DNA from: Bifidobacteriaceae bacterium
GTDB lineage: Bacteria > Actinomycetota > Actinomycetes > Actinomycetales > WQXJ01
Length of the DNA stretch: 64,000 nucleotides
Reading direction: 5' to 3'
NCBI GenBank assembly: GCA_031278655.1
Contig: JAITJZ010000064.1
Coordinates: 8,607-72,606 of the forward strand
Part shown: piece by piece, positions 20,174 to 28,400 of the stretch
How the letters are laid out: every line of letters starts with the position of its first letter
Numbering within the stretch: the first letter of the stretch is position 1
Made by a program: the position numbers and the translations under genes
The notes under the pieces: generated by a model
Told to the model about the DNA's origin: nothing
The model's input: the letters and a program-made list of their open reading frames with translations, nothing else
Database searches by the model: none

Positions 20174-20309
20174 TTACTTCTCCTCCGTCGCACCAGGACA
20201 CCGTAGCACTAGCGAGACACCCCGAAGACACTTTCCAATAAGCTTCGGAATCGTGCCGGAATCCATTCATCGCCCACGCGACTTCCGGCCTCACGCGGGC
20301 AACGCTACT

Positions 20310-20360
20310 AACTACACGCTTCTGATCTAGCGCGACACGCCGGCGTGGGGCGTGTAGTTT
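20310..20360 (+). promoter_or_regulatory. Leaderless-type promoter of the MFS operon with inverted repeats
   Basis: TAGTTT (20355-20360) 6 nt before GTG; inverted pair aactacacgc (20310-19)/gcgtgtagtt (20350-59); palindrome cacgccggcgtg (20336-47). Confidence 0.45.
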
Positions 20361-20366
20361 GACAAC

Positions 20367-21902
20367 GTGCCCTTCGCCCGGTCGACCCGAGTCCTGATCG
20401 GCGTCATCGGCGTCGAGTTCGTCTCCGGCGTGCTCGGCGCCTACTACACGCCGCTGATCGTGCCGTTGGCGCGCTCCGTCGGCCTGCATGATTCCGACTG
20501 GAACTGGGTCGAGGCGGCGCAAACCCTGTTCGCGGCGGTGGCGATCCCGGTGCTGACCAAACTGGGCGACCGCTTCGGCCACAAGAAGGCGCTGCTCGCC
20601 TCCATCATCATCACCGCCGGCGCCTCCTGGTGGGTGGTGGCCGGCGGCGGGTTTGTGCCTGTCATCTGCGCCTTCTCGCTGATGTCCGTCAGCGCAGTGT
20701 GGGTGGCGCTGGAACTCACCCTGCTGCGCTCCAGCCTCGGGGACACCACCGACTCCCAGGAGCGCGTCTCGGCCGCCTCGGCCGCGCTGATCGTCTCCTT
20801 CATGCTCGGCTCGGTTGGGGCGGCGATCTTCGGCGGGCAGTTCTTCACCGGCGCGGGCGGCTGGGAGGCCCTCCAGGCCGCCGTCGCCAGCGGCCAAGAC
20901 CCGGCCGCCAACGCCGTCTTCGTCCGCGTCCTGCGCCTGACCCTGCTGGTCCCGGCCACCGGGGTGACAATCCTGATCCCGCTGGTCGCGTTCCTGGTCC
21001 CGGAGTCGCGCCGGGCGCCGCCCAGGCAGAGCGACCTCAGCGGCCTGGCCTGGCTGATCGGCATCCTGATCCTGGTGGTCGGCGGGTTGAGCCTGGTCAA
21101 GGTTCTGGGCGTGGCCCGCCCCGAAGGTTGGGTCGTGATCGCGGCCGGGCTGGCGCTGCTCCACCCCTTCGCCCGTCACCAACTCCGGGCCGGCGAGCCC
21201 ACAATCGACCTGCGGCTGCTGCGCCAACCCCAGGTCTGGCCCTACCAGGCCGTCTCCCTGCTGCTCGGGATTGGCTACACGGCCACCCAGATACCGCTGG
21301 TCACCTTCGCCAGCACCGATCCGGCCGTGCATGGTTACGGCCTGGCGGCCGATTCGGGCGATGTCTCGATCGTCATGGCCGTGATGATCATCGCCATCTC
21401 GCTGACCGCCGGCTGCCTGACGGCCTTCGGCTCACGCCTCAACAAACTGCGGCTGATCAGGCTGGCGCCGTTCATCCACGCCGGCGAGTTCGCGGTCTTC
21501 CTGTTCCTGCACACGCAGCTCTGGCACGCCTACCTGGCGGTCGCCATCGGCGGCGTCGGCGCCGGCATCCTGATCGCCTGGCTGCCGGCCACCGCCGCCA
21601 ACGCCGCGCCCCGCGACAAGACCGCCACCCTTGTCGGGTTGATCAGCCTCGGCCGGATGGTCGGGACCGCCATCGGCTCGGCGGTGTTCGCGGTGGTGCT
21701 GGCCACAATCGGGCGCCAGTCGGCGACCGCCGCGGCGCTGAGCGGGTACCTGACCGTCTTCGGCATCGCCATGGCGTCCTCGCTGCTGGGCGGGGCGCTG
21801 CTGGCCGCCGCCTGCGACCCGGCCGCGCGCCCGCCAGCGGCCGGCCCCAAATCCCCCAACACCGCTAACAACGCCAACGACCAGGAGGAAGAACATGCCT
21901 GA
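20367..21902 (+). CDS. MFS transporter (DHA2-like, about 14 TMS)
   Basis: Motif A-like KLGDRFGHKK, many hydrophobic helices, PESRR and EPTIDLRLL linkers. Confidence 0.88.
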   Translation: MPFARSTRVLIGVIGVEFVSGVLGAYYTPLIVPLARSVGLHDSDWNWVEAAQTLFAAVAIPVLTKLGDRFGHKKALLASIIITAGASWWVVAGGGFVPVICAFSLMSVSAVWVALELTLLRSSLGDTTDSQERVSAASAALIVSFMLGSVGAAIFGGQFFTGAGGWEALQAAVASGQDPAANAVFVRVLRLTLLVPATGVTILIPLVAFLVPESRRAPPRQSDLSGLAWLIGILILVVGGLSLVKVLGVARPEGWVVIAAGLALLHPFARHQLRAGEPTIDLRLLRQPQVWPYQAVSLLLGIGYTATQIPLVTFASTDPAVHGYGLAADSGDVSIVMAVMIIAISLTAGCLTAFGSRLNKLRLIRLAPFIHAGEFAVFLFLHTQLWHAYLAVAIGGVGAGILIAWLPATAANAAPRDKTATLVGLISLGRMVGTAIGSAVFAVVLATIGRQSATAAALSGYLTVFGIAMASSLLGGALLAAACDPAARPPAAGPKSPNTANNANDQEEEHA

Positions 21903-23226
21903 TGTGGCAATCATCGGATCGGGCTCGGCCGGGACGCTGGCCGCCTGGAGGCTGCGCCAATTGCTCGGCCCCGAAGCCGGAATCGTGGTCTTCGAACGCG
22001 AGCCGGCCGTGGGCGGCCGCGCGCACCACATCCAATTCGCCGGCGAGCAGATAGAACTGGGCGGCACCCTGATCCACACCGACAACCGGCGCCTGATCGA
22101 CTTGGCCGCCGCCGTGGGCGTGGAACTGACAGAACGCCGGACGGGCCCCCCGGCCGGCGACGGCTCGCTGCTGCTCTGGGACGGACGCGAAGCGGTCTTC
22201 CAGGCGCCGCTGGACGGCCTGCGCCTGCCGCTGGCGCTGATCCGCCAATACGGCCCCTTCAACCTGCTCAAGCTCAGGACCCTGGCGAAACAGGCCAAGG
22301 CGGCCTGGAACAGCGTCTACGGCCTCCAAGACCAGGGTTCGGTGTTCGAGACGCCGCAAGCGCTGATCGCGGCCGCCGGGCTGGCCCCGTACATCCAGGA
22401 ATCGCTGGCCGAACTGGCCAAGGGGCGCGGCATCCGCGGTCACCTGATCGACCACTTCGCCACCGGCGTCCTGCGCGACATGTACAACCAGACCTCTGAC
22501 GTGATCGCGCTGGCCGGGCTGGTCGGCTTGGCCGGGGCGGGCCTGGCCGGAGGCAAACTGGTGGCGGCGCCGTCCGGCAACTCGGCCCTCCTGGCCGCGG
22601 CGCTGGAGCGAAGCGGGGCGGAACTGCTCCTGGGCAGCCGGGTTGACGGCATCGTGCCCGATGCCGTCAAGGTGAGCGTCTCGGGGCCCGGCCTGACGCC
22701 GCGAAGCTTCGACGCGGCCGTGATCGCCGCGCCGCTCGAACTCGCCGGGATCGCCGTCGAAGGCCCTGACGGCCCCGTCACCACCGATGTGGGGCGGCGC
22801 TTCCAGGAGGTCCATGTCACCGTTGTGGCCGGCGAAGTCAACCCGGCCTTCTTCGGCCTGCGGGCCGTGCCGGGCGACATCCTGACCACCGACAGCCCCC
22901 AGGCGCAGTTCAAGGCCTTCGGCCAGACCGGCCATTCACGCTCGCTCGGCGTCCCGATCTGGAAGTTCTTCTCCGCCGAGCCAGTCGGCGAAGAACTGCT
23001 GGAGCGGGTCTTTGTCGAGGTCAAGGCGGTCCACCGTCATCTGTGGCAGGCCTATCCGGTGCTCGAGCCCGCGCCCGAGTTGCTGGCGTTCCGCCTGGCG
23101 CCCGGCGTTTACCAGGTCAACGGTTTCGAGTCGGTGGTCTCGACCCTCGAAACCGAGGGCGCCGTCGGCTGGTCGGTGGCCGATCTGGTGGCGCGCGACC
23201 TGCGCGCCCGCCAGCCCGGGGCTTGA
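21895..23226 (+). CDS. FAD-dependent oxidoreductase resembling prenylcysteine oxidase/lyase
   Basis: IIGSGSAG, FERE..VGGR, ELGGTLIH, MYNQ, SGN, WQAYP and NGFESVVSTLE align by eye with recalled PCYOX1 motifs; AGGAGG RBS. Confidence 0.75.
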   Translation: MPDVAIIGSGSAGTLAAWRLRQLLGPEAGIVVFEREPAVGGRAHHIQFAGEQIELGGTLIHTDNRRLIDLAAAVGVELTERRTGPPAGDGSLLLWDGREAVFQAPLDGLRLPLALIRQYGPFNLLKLRTLAKQAKAAWNSVYGLQDQGSVFETPQALIAAAGLAPYIQESLAELAKGRGIRGHLIDHFATGVLRDMYNQTSDVIALAGLVGLAGAGLAGGKLVAAPSGNSALLAAALERSGAELLLGSRVDGIVPDAVKVSVSGPGLTPRSFDAAVIAAPLELAGIAVEGPDGPVTTDVGRRFQEVHVTVVAGEVNPAFFGLRAVPGDILTTDSPQAQFKAFGQTGHSRSLGVPIWKFFSAEPVGEELLERVFVEVKAVHRHLWQAYPVLEPAPELLAFRLAPGVYQVNGFESVVSTLETEGAVGWSVADLVARDLRARQPGA

Positions 23227-23229
23227 GCG

Positions 23230-24141
23230 GTGGCGGCCGGGCCGCTTTGGGCGGTCCTTCCCGGCATGACGATGCCGCCGGAGGACTTCGCCGCCCTGGC
23301 GGCGGCCTTGGCGCCGGTCCAGCCCGCGGACGCCCCCGGCCCGGCTCACGTCCAAGTCCGCGTCCTTGACGCCTACGATGTCGCCGTGACAGCCCCAGCC
23401 GAGGACCAGCGGCGTTGGTTCGCGGCCAGGGGCGGCTGGTCGAAGGTGCGCTTGGTGGGGCACTCGGCCGGCGGCGCGGCCGCCCTCGAGTGGCTCCTGA
23501 CCCGCCCTGACGAGGTCGAATGCGTGGTCCTGCTCGAGCCGGTGGACCTTGATGAGAAGCCGTCCCGCCTGCGTGCCGGGTCGCTCGCCCACCGGGCGGT
23601 GGGCGGGGTGTTGGCGGCGGCCGGGTCGTGGCCGCCGCTGGCGCGGCTGATCGGGCGCGCCGGGCGGCGCGCCTTTTGGCGGCTGTTCACCGACCAGCCG
23701 GACCATTTGTCGCGCCGAAGCGTCGACAGGATCTGGGGGAACCGGCGGGCCTTGGTGGCCGTCTGGCGCCAGGTCTTCGAACGCTTCGACCAGGAGGCGC
23801 GCGTCCGGGATCGGTTGGCGGCGCTGGAACGGCGGGCCGGCGGCGCGGCGAGCCCGGCTGGGGCCGAGCGCCAAGCTGGGGCTGAGCGCCAAGCGGATAC
23901 TGAGCGCCAAGCTGGGACGGTGGCGACGGCATCGGACCTGGCGGCGATCTTGGTGGTGGCGGGCGACCAGGCCGAGCCCTATCTCCCGGCTCTGGCGCGC
24001 CGCCTGGGCGCCGACTTGGCGCGGATCGGCGGCGACCATCTCTTCCCGACGCGCCGACCGCGCGCCACCGCCGCGCTCATCGCCGCGTGGCACGCCAGCT
24101 TGGGCTCCGACCCGCGCCCAGCCCCGCGCCCCAAAGACTGA
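23230..24141 (+). CDS. Alpha/beta-fold hydrolase
   Basis: VLPG oxyanion-loop position, GHSAGG nucleophile elbow, LLEP, C-terminal GGDH; internal 18-bp repeat (GAERQA, about 3 copies). Confidence 0.75.
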   Translation: MAAGPLWAVLPGMTMPPEDFAALAAALAPVQPADAPGPAHVQVRVLDAYDVAVTAPAEDQRRWFAARGGWSKVRLVGHSAGGAAALEWLLTRPDEVECVVLLEPVDLDEKPSRLRAGSLAHRAVGGVLAAAGSWPPLARLIGRAGRRAFWRLFTDQPDHLSRRSVDRIWGNRRALVAVWRQVFERFDQEARVRDRLAALERRAGGAASPAGAERQAGAERQADTERQAGTVATASDLAAILVVAGDQAEPYLPALARRLGADLARIGGDHLFPTRRPRATAALIAAWHASLGSDPRPAPRPKD

Positions 24142-24148
24142 GGCGGGC

Positions 24149-25030
24149 TCAACCGACGGCGGTGGTGAAGTCGATCAATTCCTCGACCCGCCCCGTCAGG
24201 GCGGGCTCCAGGTGGGACAGATGGTTGACCTCTGCCAGGAGGCGGCGCCAGGCGTCAGCCACATCGGCCTGGTCGCGGGCCGGCCAGCCGAGCTGAGCCA
24301 GCAGCCCAAGCTTCCAGTCGGTTCCGCGCGCCACCTTGGGCCAGGCCGCCAGGCCCAGGCGTTGCGGGCGGACGGCCTGCCAAATGTCGACATAGGGGTG
24401 GCCCAGGATCAGGATCGAGCCAGGCTCGCATTCGGCGCGCACCCGCTCCGCGATCCGCCATTCCTTCGAGCCCTCGACCAGGTGATCGACAAGCACCCCG
24501 AGGCGCGCCTCGCCCGCCGAGGGCCCGAACCGCCGCGCCCGTTCGGCCAGGTGGTCAATCCCGTCCAGCATCTCCACCACCACGCCCTCGACCGCCAGGT
24601 CCTCGCCCCAGACCTTTGCGATCAGTTCGGCGTCGTGGCGCCCCTCGACCCAGATGCGCGACTCGCGGGCGACCCGGGCGCGCGCCCCCGCCACCGCCAC
24701 CGACCCGGAGGCGGTGCGCCGTCCAGGACCGCCGCGGGCCGGCGCCGGCCCGGCCGCGACCAGCACCACCGGCCGGCCGTCGATCAAGAATCCCGGCCCC
24801 AGCCTGAAGCCGCGCGTCCGGCCGCGCCGATCTTCGAGGACCGCCACCAGCATCCCGCCCGCCTTCTCGACCCGCACGATGGCGCCCACCCAGCCCGTCT
24901 CGACGTCCTCGACCACCAGGCCAAGTTCGGCGGCCACCTTGGCGGAGGCGGGGCGCGCCGCCCGGTGCGGGTCCTGCGCCAGCACGTCGCGCCCGTAACG
25001 GTCTGGCCCGTCGAAGCCGCGCCCGCTCAA
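24149..25030 (-). CDS. DUF3097 family protein (TOPRIM-like VEG..D motif)
   Basis: DRYGRDVLA, VVEDVETGWVGA, RIWVEGRHDAEL, GVLVDHL, GHPYVDIWQAV; TTG start overlaps dop stop. Confidence 0.85.
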   Translation of the reverse strand: MSGRGFDGPDRYGRDVLAQDPHRAARPASAKVAAELGLVVEDVETGWVGAIVRVEKAGGMLVAVLEDRRGRTRGFRLGPGFLIDGRPVVLVAAGPAPARGGPGRRTASGSVAVAGARARVARESRIWVEGRHDAELIAKVWGEDLAVEGVVVEMLDGIDHLAERARRFGPSAGEARLGVLVDHLVEGSKEWRIAERVRAECEPGSILILGHPYVDIWQAVRPQRLGLAAWPKVARGTDWKLGLLAQLGWPARDQADVADAWRRLLAEVNHLSHLEPALTGRVEELIDFTTAVG

Positions 25031-26742
25031 ACCTGGTCCACCCCGGTCAGCCGGGAGACCAAATCCCGGGCCGAGGCCGCCTCGGCCAGCAGCGCCTCGA
25101 CCTGGTCGCGCCGCCCCGCCAGCGGGCTGAGCAGGCCGAGGCGGGCGCCGCCGCCGTCCCAGGCCAACGTCAACGAGTCCCAACCGGCCGCCACCACATT
25201 GTCCGGGTAGCGCGACAGGGCCTCGCCTTTCAGGTAGGCGCGGGTCGACGTGGGCGGATGGGCCGCGGCCCAGGCCACCTCCCGTTCCTCGAACAGTGAC
25301 TCGACGCCGCCCCGGGCCGCCAGGCGCGCGAACAGCGAGCGCGACGGGTCGGCGTCGGTCCATCGCAGGTCGGCGGCGCGCAGCTTCGGATGGTCCCAGC
25401 CCCAACCGCGGCGGGCCCGCAGCGACTCCAGCAGTTGATATTTGGCGACCCATTCGACCTGGCGGGCGAGGCTCAGCGGGTCGGTCCTCAAGCCGTCCAG
25501 CAACGCCGACCAGCGCTCGATCAGGTCCGCCGCCTCGGCGTCCGGGAAGCGCAGGTTGGCGGTCACGAAGTCCCGGCAGCGCTGTTGCGCCGCCACCGCG
25601 GTGAGTTCGCCGCCGGACCGCAAAGCCAAGCCGCCCGATGCCGTCAGGTCGCGGCTGACCTGCCAGAACGCCGGCGCCGGGGTGGCCAGGCGGAGGGCTT
25701 CGGCCAATTCGGAGGCCCGCGCCGGGGGCGCGGCGGCCAGGGCGCGCAGAACCAGCCCGGTGACTCCGAGGCGCACATAGGTGGCGACCTCCATCATGGT
25801 GGCGTCGCCGACGATGACGTGGAGGCGCCGCCAGCGGGCCGGGTCGGCGTGCGGCTCGTCGCGGGTGTTGATGATTGGGCGGTTGAGGGTTGTCTCCAGC
25901 CCGACCTCCGCCTCCACGAAATCGGCCCGCTGCGAGATCTGGAAGCCGGGCTCTTGCGAACGGGCGCCCAGCCCCACCCGCCCCGAGCCGGTGAAAACCT
26001 GGCGCGTGACTAGGAACGGCGTCATGACGCCGACCAACAGCTCCCAATCCACGGCCCGGTCCACCAGGTAGTTTTCATGGGTGCCGTAGGAGGCGCCGTG
26101 GCCGTCGGTGTTGTTCTTGTAGAGGGACACCGGCGTCCCGGCCGCCGCCAGGATCCCCCCGGCGCGGGCCATGATCCGTTGCCCGGCCAGATCCCACAGC
26201 GCCGCCTCGCGGGCGCTGGCCGTCTCCGGGCTGGCATACTCCGGGTGGGCGTGGTCAACGTAGAGCCTGGCCCCGTTGCGGAGCAGGGCCGCGCCCGGCC
26301 CCCGGCGGACGGGATCGTCCCGCCCGCGCCGGCCGGGCCAATCGGCCTGGCCGGCCACATCGGCTCCAATGGCGCCGCCGATCCCATCAGCCAGGCGCGA
26401 ACCGGCGCGGCTGGAACCGGGCCGGGCCGGCGGCGCCGACCAGACGGCATCGGGCAAAAGCGTGGCCGCCGGGGCGGGCGAAGCGGGCTGGTCCGCCCGG
26501 GCCGAGGGCTGGGCGGCGGCGCGGTCCAGGCGGAAGCCGCGGGCGTCGTTGAGGGGGTCCTCGGAGGCGTGGTCCCAGGGCGCCACCCGGCCGTCCTGGC
26601 TGGCCTTGTAGGCGGCCACCACCCAATTCGACAACTCGACCGGGTTCTGGCGCGGGGCCCCGCGCCCGGGCGCCCCGTCCCCCGCCGCCCGGTCGGCCAT
26701 GATCCCGTATTCGGTCTCGATTCCGAAGGCCAGTTCGACCAC
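25027..26742 (-). CDS. dop: Pup deamidase/depupylase
   Basis: [56 protein letters not shown]; GGGGAG RBS. Confidence 0.93.
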   Translation of the reverse strand: MVELAFGIETEYGIMADRAAGDGAPGRGAPRQNPVELSNWVVAAYKASQDGRVAPWDHASEDPLNDARGFRLDRAAAQPSARADQPASPAPAATLLPDAVWSAPPARPGSSRAGSRLADGIGGAIGADVAGQADWPGRRGRDDPVRRGPGAALLRNGARLYVDHAHPEYASPETASAREAALWDLAGQRIMARAGGILAAAGTPVSLYKNNTDGHGASYGTHENYLVDRAVDWELLVGVMTPFLVTRQVFTGSGRVGLGARSQEPGFQISQRADFVEAEVGLETTLNRPIINTRDEPHADPARWRRLHVIVGDATMMEVATYVRLGVTGLVLRALAAAPPARASELAEALRLATPAPAFWQVSRDLTASGGLALRSGGELTAVAAQQRCRDFVTANLRFPDAEAADLIERWSALLDGLRTDPLSLARQVEWVAKYQLLESLRARRGWGWDHPKLRAADLRWTDADPSRSLFARLAARGGVESLFEEREVAWAAAHPPTSTRAYLKGEALSRYPDNVVAAGWDSLTLAWDGGGARLGLLSPLAGRRDQVEALLAEAASARDLVSRLTGVDQV

Positions 26743-26752
26743 GGCTCTCCCC

Positions 26753-28285
26753 TCAGGCCTCGACCTGGCGCCCGCCGCCCGCGAGCGTGCGCATGAACAC
26801 GATCCGCTCGCCCTTGCGGCCGGAGACGCGGGCCCAATCGTCGGCGTTGGTGGCGCCGGGCAGGTCCTCGTTCTCGGCGAACTCCGCCGCCACGGCGGCG
26901 GTCAGGTGGCTGGCGGTGATGCCGCGCCGGCCGTGTTCGAGCAGGTCCTTGACGGCCGCCTTCTTGGCGCGGTCGACGATGTTGCGGATCATGGCGCCGG
27001 AGGCGAAATCCTTGTAGTACAAGACCTCTTTGTCCCCGGAGGCGTAGGTGACCTCAAGGAAGCGATTGTCCGGCGCGGTCGAATACATCTGCGCCACGGC
27101 CCCGGCGATCAGCTCAGGGATCGACTCGCCCTGGCCCAACGGCAGTTCCGGGACCAGATATTTGCTGAAGATGTCGGCCGCCGCCGTTTGGTCCGGGCGC
27201 TCAATCTTAATCTTGACGTCGAGGCGTCCGGGCCGCAGGATGGCCGGGTCGATCATGTCCTCGCGGTTCGAGGCGCCGATCACGATCACATTGTCGAGCG
27301 TCTCGACGCCGTCGATCTCTGCCAAGAGTTGCGGCACCACAGTTGTCTCCACGTCGCTGGACACCCCCGAGCCGCGGGTGCGGAACAGCGACTCCATCTC
27401 ATCGAAGAAGACCACCACCGCCCCGCCCAGGGCCGCCTTCTCGCGCGCCCGGGCGAAGATGGCCCGGATTTGGCGCTCGGTCTCCCCGACGTACTTGTTC
27501 AGCAACTCCGGTCCCTTGATGTTGAGGAAAACCGCCCGCTTGGCGTCCTCCCCGGCCAAGGAGCGGGCGACGGCCTTGGCGATGAGGGTCTTGCCGCAGC
27601 CGGGAGGGCCGTACAACAGTACGCCTTTCGGCGCGCGCAACTGGTGCTCCCGGTACAGTTCGGGGTGACGGAAAGGCAACTCCACGGCATCGCGCAACTG
27701 GCCGATCTGCTCACCCAACCCGCCGATGTCCGCGTACGAGACGTCAGCCACGTCATCGGCGGCCAGATCCTCGGCGTGCGAGCGCGAGACGACCTCGAAA
27801 GCGAACCCGCCGCGCTGGTCGATCGCCAAAGTGTCCCCCGGGCGCAGCCGCAAACCCAGCAAAGACCCGGCCCGGCGGATGACCAGCTCCTCCTCGGCGC
27901 GGCCCTGGACCAGCAACCGGTCCTCGCTCAAGACCTCCTTGACGGCCGCGACCTCCCCCGTCCGCTCGAAGCCCTCAGCCCGCAGCAGCGCCATGGTTTG
28001 ACTGAGCGCCACGGTCTGCCCCGCCAACAACGCCGCCCGGTTGACCTCCGGGCCCACAGCCACCCGCAGGCGGCGGCCCTGCTGGACCACATCGGCGGAG
28101 CCGTCCGCGTTCCAGCCCCAGAACAGCGCGTAGCCGCCGGGCGGCTGCGACAACTCCGTCACCTGCTGGCGGGCCTCTGCCAACTGCTGACGCGCCGACA
28201 CCAACGACTGCGTCAGGCGCCGGTTCTTCTCCTCCAGCGAGGCGGCGCGCGCGACCTGCTGGTCATAGGGGCTGATCTCTGGCAC
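26753..28285 (-). CDS. arc: Proteasome-associated AAA ATPase (ARC/Mpa), lacking C-terminal GQYL
   Basis: N-terminal coiled coil, [52 protein letters not shown]; GTG 7 nt after TAAGGT. Confidence 0.95.
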   Translation of the reverse strand: MPEISPYDQQVARAASLEEKNRRLTQSLVSARQQLAEARQQVTELSQPPGGYALFWGWNADGSADVVQQGRRLRVAVGPEVNRAALLAGQTVALSQTMALLRAEGFERTGEVAAVKEVLSEDRLLVQGRAEEELVIRRAGSLLGLRLRPGDTLAIDQRGGFAFEVVSRSHAEDLAADDVADVSYADIGGLGEQIGQLRDAVELPFRHPELYREHQLRAPKGVLLYGPPGCGKTLIAKAVARSLAGEDAKRAVFLNIKGPELLNKYVGETERQIRAIFARAREKAALGGAVVVFFDEMESLFRTRGSGVSSDVETTVVPQLLAEIDGVETLDNVIVIGASNREDMIDPAILRPGRLDVKIKIERPDQTAAADIFSKYLVPELPLGQGESIPELIAGAVAQMYSTAPDNRFLEVTYASGDKEVLYYKDFASGAMIRNIVDRAKKAAVKDLLEHGRRGITASHLTAAVAAEFAENEDLPGATNADDWARVSGRKGERIVFMRTLAGGGRQVEA

Positions 28286-28400
28286 GGCGTTAACCTTACG
28301 GCTCGGGGCTGACACCGGCTTCACCGGCGGCGGTGGCCGGGGTGGCCGGGCGCGCCGGTGGGTGGCCGCGGCGGTGGCCTGGCGGGCCCGGCGGGGCGCG

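Noticed and set aside
20163-20292. 43-codon minus-strand ORF (VRPEVAW...) after TAGCGT, upstream of the 71-aa gene
   Set aside because: It is the tail of an antisense shadow ORF with no motif; more likely the 5' leader/promoter region of the low-GC module
10206-25026. The block between pup and dop as a prophage, ICE or transposon
   Set aside because: No integrase, transposase, tRNA target or terminal repeats seen; most of it has host-like GC
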